This document shows, piece by piece, positions 10,501 to 18,139 of a stretch of DNA of 64,000 nt. This DNA is from Rickettsiales bacterium. Lineage in GTDB: Bacteria > Pseudomonadota > Alphaproteobacteria > Rickettsiales > UBA8987. The stretch covers positions 1,345,893 through 1,409,892 of the forward strand of contig OZ244955.1 of assembly GCA_965222525.1 (NCBI GenBank), in the 5' to 3' direction. The notes under the pieces were generated by a model. That model had not been told where the DNA came from. It made no database searches and saw nothing but the letters and a program-made list of their open reading frames with translations. Position 1 is the first letter of the stretch, and the number at the start of each line of letters is the position of its first letter. Position numbers and translations under genes: made by a program.

Positions 10501-11206
10501 CGTCAATATGTCCTTTCCATGGTTTTGAAGTTGATTTTGGCGGGTTACCTCCAATCCAGGTTGATACATTGCTATTGGTATTAATATTACCTGACTTGGA
10601 TGCACTACCAACCAGTACTCCATCTTTATAAAGCTTCATCTTGGAGCCATCATAAACAGCTGTTACATGTATCCATTTGTTCTCTGTAATATCACCTGAA
10701 CCGGCTATCAGTGTCTTGGTCGAATTATTAGTTTTAAGCCTAAAACGTAATCTGGTCTTGCCACTGCTGTTAATGGTGCTAACCATAAAATAATGATCGT
10801 TTGCTGAAGTCCCTTTAGCTTTGGAGATAATTCTGCAGTCTTTGTATTTAGTTGAACAATTATCTAAATCAGAAGATTTAAACCAGGCGGATATAGTGAG
10901 AGCCTGTCCGGAAATGCCATTCATTGCACCAATATTTACGTAGTCATTATTACCATCAAATACCAACCCTCTGTCAGTGTCCCAGTTGGTACCATTCTTT
11001 AATGTGCCATCATTGCCGTTACCTGTCACATCTGCTGTTGTATTTCCTGAACCCTCTTTCATTGTATAATGTGCAACTAATCCTGAGACATCAGCTGCGT
11101 GTACTGTTCCTAGTGAAAAGGTTGATGCCATAATAGTTATTATTATAGCAATCGTTGCACACAGGTAGCTGGTTGATAATTTATTTGAAGATTTGTGATC
11201 TGACAT
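7508..11206 (-). CDS. Large secreted multidomain protein: signal peptide, 2x LamG/ConA-like lectin domain, Ca-binding Cys-bounded DxDxDG repeats, cadherin/VCBS-like Ig domain, Myxococcus-type Cys-rich repeats, C-terminal right-handed beta-helix
   Basis: 1232-aa ORF. The signal peptide ends 'GTVHAA'. Two tandem LamG modules end 'WKGHIDDV(R/K)IY(N/G)KAL'. There are four 'C.DG(I/L)DND.DG..D...(P/L)GC' units. Also 'NATDTDGDTLTYS..YTPNTGYSGSDSFKY' and 'YCGDGTKNGPEECDDGNTASGDGCSAAC'. C-terminal beta-helix motifs include 'IEDNKF', 'IEENVFDHNGW', 'GHNIYLQ' and 'FKDNLFVRN'. Confidence 0.85.
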   Translation of the reverse strand: MSDHKSSNKLSTSYLCATIAIIITIMASTFSLGTVHAADVSGLVAHYTMKEGSGNTTADVTGNGNDGTLKNGTNWDTDRGLVFDGNNDYVNIGAMNGISGQALTISAWFKSSDLDNCSTKYKDCRIISKAKGTSANDHYFMVSTINSSGKTRLRFRLKTNNSTKTLIAGSGDITENKWIHVTAVYDGSKMKLYKDGVLVGSASKSGNINTNSNVSTWIGGNPPKSTSKPWKGHIDDVRIYNKALNEAEIQSMMTNDTGGMLADYPMEEGSGNTTADATGNGNDGTISGAIFASDHGLMFDGSNDYVNIGKMDSISGGTLTISAWFKSSDLANCSYRDCRIISKATGIQSSDHYFMISTVKDGSNTKLRFRLKTNGSTSTLTASSGNLTENKWVHVTAVYDGSNMKLYKDSVLVGSLNKTGSINTNDNIDTWIGGNPSGSKAKPWKGHIDDVKIYGKALSASEVAALFDENMHADTVTPQCSDGIDNDEDGKTDTEDPGCTSANDNDESDEATNTPPVAKNISTTTNENKSVAISLNATDTDGDTLTYSATNPSHGSISGKAPDITYTPNTGYSGSDSFKYKANDGKAESNVATVSITVNALADCGDGLDNDNDGKVDLTDPGCTSANDDDETDPTPSAVCGNDIVETGEVCDGNSQSCISGGYGGFKQCNSQCTGFNACLATEYCGDGTKNGPEECDDGNTASGDGCSAACTIESTPTPKQCNDGIDNDGDGKTDYPADPGCSSTSDDDELDLSTAQCNDGIDNDGDGLVDWQYDLGCYGAEDNTEGGIATGNLDNGWTVFEPSADTKIVYVSNSEGNDDNNGLSPSTPVKTIVKGASLVRDGHNDFLLLKRGDTWTSPGISKFKSGKDKDNPIVIASYGASNERPHIKVSGSFIGHGSQARSHIAVVGLSLIAYTMDPSDPGFAGSGIVKGLRLVGGGSNILIEDNKFRYMQLTIQSHNGYTYSNIKLRRNIVLDAWAPNSTNSKSGKAQGLYASGIRDGLLIEENVFDHNGWNEEVADAGAGMYGHNIYLQKGQDGKNTVARGNIFTRAASHGMQGRSGGLFKDNLFVRNTIGLLIGGSEPLPSSTTTAHALNNVILEGKRMDPNDSTNPQTAAVVGLGIGNTDVGTLIAESNIVAHRIESGINKGIKDQDGAIYIDNIQYDWGGGIGDTTDPGWLDPNRSVGSYHATLGKNGTLEAFLDIIRNRPFRQWPEEYTSYSVNEYIREGFTAQ

Positions 11207-11464
11207 AAGAGTTTCCTTTTTTATACCTATGAGGATTGCTGTTATTATAACACAGGAGTGGTTAACAAACTATTAATAATAGTGATATTTATATAAAATA
11301 TTACTATTATTTTATTAACATGCTGATTATCAGTGTTATTCTAATATAGAAAAGAATGGGGGTACTATATATTGCAATTATCTTTACTGATAACTACTAT
11401 ATATTGACCATAATTGACACTAGAGTATATTAACCGAATACGTCTATTTAAGTTATGTTTGTTA

Positions 11465-11624
11465 CTAGGCCATGTCGATATTCACTACTATTTGTGGTCT
11501 GCAAAATGGAATAATTTTCTGCACTTCTGTGCTTCATGTACTTAAGTGTGTTGTCTTGTTGTTCCAGGGTTCTCGAAAACTATCGATTTTCGGTACATGT
11601 TAGCATGAATGTCGGCACGGCCTA
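11465..11624. repeat. Family D palindromic element, copy 2
   Basis: Termini CTAGGCCATGTCGATATTCA / TGAATGTCGGCACGGCCTA. The core 'GGTTCTCGAAAAC..ATTTTCGG.ACATG' and 'GTAC..TTAAGT' are shared with 60671-60819. Confidence 0.75.
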
Positions 11625-11627
11625 ATG

Positions 11628-11930
11628 TTATATCGGCATTTTGATGATGTCCTGATAGGCGGAGATTACCTTGTCGCGAACGGCAACGACGGTGCGGAGG
11701 GTCATTTCGGCATTGGCAACCGATACTGCGAGTTCGTCGATACTTACCTTGTCGCTCATGGCGTTTATAGTGTTTGCCTCAGCGCTCTTCAATGTGTCTA
11801 TCGCGCCGTCGATACCACTGCCAATAAGATTAGCGAACTGCCCGCCGCCGGATTGCGCCACTCCCTGGCTGGATTTCAACCCTGCTGCATTCTGATATGC
11901 CGATATAGCCCCTGAAATTTTTACGTCCAT
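11628..11930 (-). CDS. fliE: Flagellar hook-basal body complex protein FliE
   Basis: 100 aa, with the typical FliE C-terminus '..VRDKVISAYQDIIKMPI', directly downstream of flgB-flgC. Confidence 0.85.
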   Translation of the reverse strand: MDVKISGAISAYQNAAGLKSSQGVAQSGGGQFANLIGSGIDGAIDTLKSAEANTINAMSDKVSIDELAVSVANAEMTLRTVVAVRDKVISAYQDIIKMPI

Positions 11931-11959
11931 GGTTTAATTTCCTGTTTTTAGCCCTTTTT

Positions 11960-12057
11960 GTCATCCTGAAACAAGTTCAGGATGACAATATCCCCCACCA
12001 GAAATTCTGAAATCAAAGATTTCCAGAATTTCTTGCCTCCCCCGCAAGCGGGGGAGG
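11960..12057. repeat. Family C single hairpin (11960-11987) abutting a half copy of family A (11991-12057)
   Basis: GTCATCCTGAAACAAGTTCAGGATGAC is followed by CCCCCACCAGAAAT..ATTTCTTGCCTCCCCCGCAAGCGGGGGAGG, which is the reverse complement of the left part of family A. Confidence 0.85.
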
Positions 12058-12072
12058 ATTATTTCAACAACA

Positions 12073-12483
12073 CTAGCGCAGTAAATCCAGCGTTCGGGTT
12101 ACCATACCCTTGGTCATTTCAATAACCGCCAGATTTGCCTCATAGCTGCGCTGTGCCTGCTTCATATCCATTGACTCAACCATCGTCTGCACATTGGTAG
12201 TGCTGACATACCCGCCACTATCCGCTGCCGGATGGCCAGGGTCGTATTTCTTGCCGAACTCGCTGCTGTCCACCCCGATTTTATCCACCTTGACCAGATT
12301 AACTCCCAGTTCCTTATCCAGTATATTCTTGAAATGTATGGTCTTACGGCGATAAGGATTGTCATCGGCAGTGGCCGCTACCGAATCTGCATTGGCGATG
12401 TTCTCCGCTACCACCTTCAGCCGTTCGCCCTGCACACGCATCCCCGCACCGGCTATATACATTGTTGATTTTAAATCACCCAT
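12073..12483 (-). CDS. flgC: Flagellar basal-body rod protein FlgC
   Basis: 'AENIANADS' rod-protein N-terminal motif and 'YEANLAVIEMTKGMVTRTLDLLR' C-terminus; 136 aa. Confidence 0.9.
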   Translation of the reverse strand: MGDLKSTMYIAGAGMRVQGERLKVVAENIANADSVAATADDNPYRRKTIHFKNILDKELGVNLVKVDKIGVDSSEFGKKYDPGHPAADSGGYVSTTNVQTMVESMDMKQAQRSYEANLAVIEMTKGMVTRTLDLLR

Positions 12484-12550
12484 TTTAGAATCTAGAATCT
12501 AGAATCTAGAATCTAGAAATTATTTTCCAGATTCTTGATTCCTGATTCTA
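12484..12550. repeat. Heptamer-periodic hairpin (family H) filling the flgB-flgC spacer
   Basis: Left arm is TTTAGAA followed by (TCTAGAA)x4. Right arm is TTCCAGA TTCTTGA TTCCTGA TTCTA, an imperfect reverse complement that overlaps the flgB stop codon. Confidence 0.85.
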
Positions 12551-12952
12551 CCTATTCCCCCCCGTTGCCACTCGCATTATATCTATCATTTTACGGTACA
12601 GGCTGGTGGTTGTCTGGTAGTCCATGGTATTTTCGGACATTTTCAGCATTTGCTCTTCCAGCACAACCTCATTGCCAACCGGTGTCGTTTCATATGTATT
12701 TTTCTGCTCTATATGCTTGAATCTGGGGTTATTTGTACCAAGCTGTATATGACTCGGATGAGTCGCCATCATATTCACCGCATTACTCTGTTTCTCCACC
12801 ATCTTGCCGAAATCCGGCTGTTTAACCTCAAGCGGCCTGTAATCGGGCGTGTTGGCATTAGCGATATTCCCGGCAAGAACTGACTGCCGCTCGCTGTGAT
12901 AAGCCATACGCTGCCCCATCATCCTGAACAATGTTGTATCGGAGATATCCAC
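12548..12952 (-). CDS. flgB: Flagellar basal-body rod protein FlgB
   Basis: 'LAGNIANANTPDY' rod-protein motif; 134 aa; first gene of flgB-flgC-fliE. Confidence 0.9.
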   Translation of the reverse strand: MDISDTTLFRMMGQRMAYHSERQSVLAGNIANANTPDYRPLEVKQPDFGKMVEKQSNAVNMMATHPSHIQLGTNNPRFKHIEQKNTYETTPVGNEVVLEEQMLKMSENTMDYQTTTSLYRKMIDIMRVATGGNR

Positions 12953-13077
12953 TTCTACCCTATATAAGCTCTCTCTATAACACCGTATATACTATATATT
13001 GTGGTTTGTCACTAAATTTATTCGATATTGATTGCGCAAATTTATACTATATATGTTTTTCGCAGTTTAATACTATT

Positions 13078-13235
13078 GTCACCCCGGACGCATATTTTCT
13101 AGCCAAATCTATGATTTGGCTAGAAAATAGCGTTCACGGGGTTATTATTGCGTCACGTTGTACCACCTATAACCCCGAGAATGGTGTTTTCTGACTGAAT
13201 CAAAGATTCAGAGAAAACATGCCATCCGGGGTGAC
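13078..13235. repeat. Family B double-hairpin palindromic element, copy 1
   Basis: GTCACCCCGGACGCATATTTTCT, a variable hairpin, AGAAAATAGCGTTCACGGGGTTAT, a centre, ATAACCCCGAGAATGGTGTTTTCT, a second variable hairpin, then AGAAAACATGCCATCCGGGGTGAC. Confidence 0.9.
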
Positions 13236-13271
13236 AGGAAAGTGACTATTGTATTTTTACAAGCAAAATAC

Positions 13272-14393
13272 ATGCCGGAAAAGTTTTCATTTGAAATAAC
13301 CGCAAGGGATGGGCGGGCAAGAACAGGGGTCATCCACACCACACATGGGGAAATCCGTACTCCGGCTTTTATGCCGGTGGGGACTGCGGGAACGGTCAAG
13401 GCTATGCTGCCGGAATCGGTGGCGCAGACCGGTGCGGATATATTGCTGGGCAATACTTACCATTTAATGCTGCGTTCTGGCGCTGAGCGGATAGACCGGC
13501 TGGGCGGGCTGCATAGATTCATGAACTGGGACAAGCCGATATTGACTGATTCCGGCGGGTTCCAGGTTATGTCACTTAGCCAGATGCGCAAGATAAGCAA
13601 GGAGGGAGTTGAGTTCCAGTCACATCTTGACGGGTCGAAACATATGCTCACACCGGAGCGTTCGATGGAAATTCAGCATTTGCTCGGTAGCGATATTACA
13701 ATGATTTTCGATGAATGCACCCCCTACCCTGCGACTTACGAGGAAACCCGTGATTCGATGCTGCTATCTCTGGGCTGGGCGGAGCGCTCGAAGGAGGCTT
13801 ATGTTGAGCGGGATGGTTATGCGCTTTTCGGCATACAGCAGGGCGGGATGTTTGAGGATTTGCGGTCGGAGTCTGCTAAGGCTTTAAACGATATTGGTTT
13901 CGATGGAATGGCGATTGGTGGACTGGCAGTTGGTGAGGGTAGCGAGAAAATGTTTGAGGTATTGGATTACAGTGCCGACATGTTACCGGAAAACAAGCCA
14001 CGCTATCTTATGGGAGTGGGGTATCCGGAGGATATTATCGGTGCGGTTATGCGTGGTGTGGATATGTTTGATTGTGTTTTGCCAACCCGTTCCGGCCGCA
14101 CCGGACAGGCTTTTGTACGTGAGGACGGTAAGAATATGCGTCTTAATCTGAAGAATGCCCGCTTTGCTGAAGATGATACCCCGCTTGAAGATGGCTGCAC
14201 TTGCCCCGCCTGCACTTCCTATAGCCGTGCATATCTACACCATTTGATAAAATCCGGTGAGATACTGGGAGCAATGCTGCTAACCTGGCATAACCTGCAA
14301 CACTACCAAACCCTGATGCACCAAATCCGCAGTAATATTGAGGAGAGGCAATCTTCTACTAGTTACTACAAAAACTCAATCTTAGGATTTTAA
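13272..14393 (+). CDS. tgt: Queuine tRNA-ribosyltransferase
   Basis: '[15 protein letters not shown]', 'LTDSGGFQV' and '[15 protein letters not shown]' are Tgt signatures. I prefer the ATG at 13272, because the track's GTG at 13242 abuts the repeat. Confidence 0.93.
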   Translation: MPEKFSFEITARDGRARTGVIHTTHGEIRTPAFMPVGTAGTVKAMLPESVAQTGADILLGNTYHLMLRSGAERIDRLGGLHRFMNWDKPILTDSGGFQVMSLSQMRKISKEGVEFQSHLDGSKHMLTPERSMEIQHLLGSDITMIFDECTPYPATYEETRDSMLLSLGWAERSKEAYVERDGYALFGIQQGGMFEDLRSESAKALNDIGFDGMAIGGLAVGEGSEKMFEVLDYSADMLPENKPRYLMGVGYPEDIIGAVMRGVDMFDCVLPTRSGRTGQAFVREDGKNMRLNLKNARFAEDDTPLEDGCTCPACTSYSRAYLHHLIKSGEILGAMLLTWHNLQHYQTLMHQIRSNIEERQSSTSYYKNSILGF

Positions 14394-14499
14394 AAACTCC
14401 TCTTACAATCAAGCAGATATGATGTATTGTTTATGTTAAAACCAGACAAACTATTACTCAAAAACAATGCTATAAAAGCCTAGACTCTATACTTTATAG

Positions 14500-15936
14500 T
14501 CATTTATCAGTTTCTACCACCTTACCAGGGTTCATTATATTATCGGGATCGAGGGTGGATTTTATTTGCTGCATCAGGTGGATTTCGGACTCAGGTTTAT
14601 ATTTGTGTAATTCCGCCTTGCGCTCCACACCTATGCCATGCTCGGCGCTGATGCTACCGCCATATTTAACACAGGCGGGATATACAATATCCTGGAGTGT
14701 CGACTTGTGTTTGGTAAACTCACTATCGGCAATATCACCTGCCATATACATATTATAGTGTATATTGCCATCTCCCAGATGCCCAAACGGAACCAGCTTT
14801 ACCCTGCCATCATATTTCGCAATCTGGCGGTCGGTATTCTTAAAAAACGCAGCAAGATTACCAACCGGCAAGCTTATATCAAAATGAATCCCTCGCCCTG
14901 CCTGTTTTACCGACTGTGATATATGCTCGCGGATATGCCAGAAATCCTGCGCTTGTGCCAGCGACTCCGCTAGAACCGCATCCTTGACCTTGCCCGCTTC
15001 AATCAACCCATATAAAACCTGCTCAACCTGCGTTCGCAACCAGTCATCCGACAAATTCAGAGAAGTAGAAAACTCGGCAAGGATATAATATTTATGTTTG
15101 CTCGCAAACGGATTGCGTGCGCCGGAAATATGCTCCACAACCAGCTCCAGCGCATCGGCGGAAATTAATTCGAAGGCAGTAATCACATCGCCAATTTCAG
15201 CCTTCAATCGGGCAAGCAGTCCAACCGCATCATCAATATTATCAACTGCAAGAAATGCAGTGGCTATCTGCTTCGGTGCAGGAAACAGCTTCAGACTTGC
15301 AGCGGTTATAATCCCAAGCGTTCCTTCCGCTCCAATAAATAAATGCTTCAGATCATAACCCGTATTATCCTTGCGTGGTCGTTCAAGAGACGAAATCACC
15401 TTCCCATTTGGCAATACAACCTCCAGTCCCAGTACCAGATCCCGCATATTACCATAATGCAACACCGCATTCCCGCCGGCATTGGTAGAAACAATCCCGC
15501 CGACCTGACAGCTTCCCTCAGAACCGATACTAAGCGGAAACAGGAAACCCGCATCCGCCGCACATTCCTGTATATTCTGCAATATACATCCCGCCTCGGC
15601 TATAATATAGCCGCTGTTTTTATCCAGCTTGCGGATATTATTCATCCGCGAAAGGTTTATCAGAAACTCATTGCCTTCCGATGAAGGAATAGCCCCACCT
15701 ACAAGGCCGGTATTCCCACCTTGCGGAACTATTGGCATTTGTGCTCCGGCGCAAATCTTGACTATTTCTGTAACTTGTTCGGTAGTAGTCGGAAAAGCCA
15801 CAAGAGACGTACTACCCTTATGCCCACCCCGCCAGGATTCAAGATACATCTCCATATCCTGCGGGTTATCGATATATCCTGCGTTCCCCAGCAGTTCTTT
15901 TATCTGCGAAACCGTACCCATACCCCCGCATAACAT
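14500..15936 (-). CDS. FAD-linked oxidase (GlcD / D-2-hydroxyacid dehydrogenase family)
   Basis: FAD-binding PCMH-type N-terminal region ('PQGGNTGLVGGAIP', 'NAGGNAV') and C-terminal 'GSISAEHGIG'. The true start may be the Met at 15921. Confidence 0.85.
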   Translation of the reverse strand: MLCGGMGTVSQIKELLGNAGYIDNPQDMEMYLESWRGGHKGSTSLVAFPTTTEQVTEIVKICAGAQMPIVPQGGNTGLVGGAIPSSEGNEFLINLSRMNNIRKLDKNSGYIIAEAGCILQNIQECAADAGFLFPLSIGSEGSCQVGGIVSTNAGGNAVLHYGNMRDLVLGLEVVLPNGKVISSLERPRKDNTGYDLKHLFIGAEGTLGIITAASLKLFPAPKQIATAFLAVDNIDDAVGLLARLKAEIGDVITAFELISADALELVVEHISGARNPFASKHKYYILAEFSTSLNLSDDWLRTQVEQVLYGLIEAGKVKDAVLAESLAQAQDFWHIREHISQSVKQAGRGIHFDISLPVGNLAAFFKNTDRQIAKYDGRVKLVPFGHLGDGNIHYNMYMAGDIADSEFTKHKSTLQDIVYPACVKYGGSISAEHGIGVERKAELHKYKPESEIHLMQQIKSTLDPDNIMNPGKVVETDK

Positions 15937-15950
15937 AATATTTACGTACT

Positions 15951-16106
15951 GTCACCCCGGATGGATGGTTTCTCGAAATCTTTGATTGCGTTCTAGAAAC
16001 CACCATTCTCGGGGTTACATGTAAAGTAACGTTATTGTTCAATAACCCCGAGAACGCTATTTTCTAACCAAAACAAGTTTTGGAGAAAATATGCGTCCGG
16101 GGTGAC
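15951..16106. repeat. Family B element, copy 2 (inverted relative to copies 1 and 3)
   Basis: Its right arm GGAGAAAATATGCGTCCGGGGTGAC is the exact reverse complement of the left arm of copy 1. Confidence 0.9.
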
Positions 16107-16272
16107 AGGGGTAAAAACAGAAAGTCATAAGTATCATCGCTGTTGCAAAAAAGGCGCAGCAGTTATTTTTTATTTCAGAAGAAAAATAACATCGATTATC
16201 TGCTTGATAATGCGGAAAATATATCGCATGTTGTACGTAGGTTTTGGATCAACTCAATGGAGGACACAAATA

Positions 16273-16689
16273 ATGAAAGATTTTCTGACGAAAAAAGCGG
16301 TTCCCGCACTTATGGCGACCACGATGCTGGTGAATATCGCGGCTTGCGGTACTATATTGCATCCTGAAAGAAAGGGACAAAAAGGCGGGCAGATTGATAT
16401 AAAAATCGCTGTACTTGACGGTATAGGGTTGTTGTTCTTCCTGATTCCTGGTGTTATTGCGTATGCGGTGGACTTTAATAACGGTACGATTTACCTACCT
16501 GGTGGACATGCAAGTACTGATGTTGATACGGACGTTGAGGATATGAAGGCTATCCGTGTAGGTAAGGAAAACCTGACCGAAGAAAATATCCGCAGGGTTG
16601 TTGAGGCCAATACAGGCAAAACGATTGCTGCCGATGCCGAGGTGCAGACTTACGAAGTCACCGAAACAGGCGAAAGGCGCAAGCTTTAG
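16273..16689 (+). CDS. Hypothetical lipoprotein with one internal hydrophobic segment
   Basis: GGAGG lies about 10 nt before the ATG at 16273. Lipobox-like 'LVNIAAC'. Hydrophobic 'GIGLLFFLIPGVIAYAV'. The track ORF is extended upstream into the repeat. Confidence 0.6.
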   Translation: MKDFLTKKAVPALMATTMLVNIAACGTILHPERKGQKGGQIDIKIAVLDGIGLLFFLIPGVIAYAVDFNNGTIYLPGGHASTDVDTDVEDMKAIRVGKENLTEENIRRVVEANTGKTIAADAEVQTYEVTETGERRKL

Positions 16690-16917
16690 ATATAGTGTTT
16701 TGATCTGAAATGCTCGTTACCGCTCCACATTTAAATTGGCGGTTGTGGGTGCGTAGGTATTTCAGGTTAAAGATCGCGGCGCAGATGTGTTTTTGCCAGA
16801 ATCTTGCCGGTTGCGCATGGTGGTGTTGCGTTTTTGCTTTTTACAGTTTCTCATATTGAGGCCAGTGTATAAATACTTGTATAAACACTCCTCATATGAG
16901 TTTTCTTCCTCCTTTAG

Positions 16918-16956
16918 ACCTCCTCTTTTGCTTTAGCAAGAGAGGAGGTTTTTTTG
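16918..16956 (+). terminator. Rho-independent terminator-like hairpin with a T-run
   Basis: ACCTCCTCTT (16918-16927) pairs with AAGAGAGGAGGT (about 16939-16949) and is followed by TTTTTTT. It lies about 230 nt after the nearest upstream stop codon. Confidence 0.6.
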
Positions 16957-16993
16957 TGTTTTTACAAAGCTCCTTTTGTTATATAAAGCGAGG

Positions 16994-18013
16994 ATGAAAA
17001 AAGTAAAAATTGCAATTGTCGGTGCAAGCGGACTTGTAGGACGGGAGGTATTAAAAATACTCGCCGAGCGGGAATTGCCCATATCTGATATTGCCCTGAT
17101 AGCATCAGAAAAATCGGTTGGAAAGACGCTACCATTCAGGGAAACCGAACTATCGATACAATCACTTCCTGATTTTGATTTCCACGGATTTGACATAACC
17201 ATATTCTGCACACCGAATTCCGTTTCAATTGAGTATGTCGAAAAAGTGGCGGCTACAGGCTCGGTGGTGATTGATAATTCGAGCTATTACCGCCCTGACC
17301 CTCTGGTGCCAATAATTATTCCTGAAGTAAACGCCGAAAAAATTACCGAATACAAAAACAGGAATATAATATGCAATGCCAATTGCGCTGCAATGCAGAT
17401 GCTGGTTGCAGTAAAGCCGCTACATGACTATGCGAAAATAAAACGTATAGTTATTTCTACTTACCAGTCGGTTTCGGGCATCGGCAAACATGCAATGGAC
17501 GAACTATATAACCATACCAGGGATTACTGTAATGCCAAAACACTACCCCCCCCCTCGAATTTTGCCAAACAGATTGCGTTCAATGCAATCCCGCAGATAG
17601 ACAGGTTTATGGAAGACGGTTGTACGGTTGAAGAGTGGAAAATTGAACATGATACACATAAAATTTTATCGCCTGATATAGAAGTATCTGCTACTTGTGT
17701 GAGAGTGCCAGTTTTCAAGGGACATTCGGAAGCGGTAAATATAGAGTTTGAGTGTCCGATTTCACCGGAAAAAGCCCGTGAACTACTGGTTGCAGCCAAT
17801 TGCGTTACGGTTATCGATAACCCTGACGAACTGGAATATGCCACCCCCGCCGAAATAGCAGAAAAAGACTGTGTATTTGTCTCACGCATAAGGCAGGACA
17901 AGACCGTTACAAACGGGTTGAATATGTGGATAGTGGCGGATAATATCCGTAAGGGCGCCGCCCTCAACACCGTCCAGATCACCGAGGATCTGGTAAAGTT
18001 ATGGACTAATTAA
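16994..18013 (+). CDS. asd: Aspartate-semialdehyde dehydrogenase
   Basis: 'KIAIVGASGLVGRE' Rossmann motif, active-site 'NCAAMQM', 'QSVSGIG'. The start is at ATG 16994. Confidence 0.88.
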   Translation: MKKVKIAIVGASGLVGREVLKILAERELPISDIALIASEKSVGKTLPFRETELSIQSLPDFDFHGFDITIFCTPNSVSIEYVEKVAATGSVVIDNSSYYRPDPLVPIIIPEVNAEKITEYKNRNIICNANCAAMQMLVAVKPLHDYAKIKRIVISTYQSVSGIGKHAMDELYNHTRDYCNAKTLPPPSNFAKQIAFNAIPQIDRFMEDGCTVEEWKIEHDTHKILSPDIEVSATCVRVPVFKGHSEAVNIEFECPISPEKARELLVAANCVTVIDNPDELEYATPAEIAEKDCVFVSRIRQDKTVTNGLNMWIVADNIRKGAALNTVQITEDLVKLWTN

Positions 18014-18139
18014 AGCCATATCAGCATTTATTTCTACGCAGAGCATATGGAAATTATTTGGAACGACTATATACTTGCCACAGCTAAGAAATTTGAGAAT
18101 TTAGTTTACCGGAATTATTTTGCTTGCTATATAAACAGC

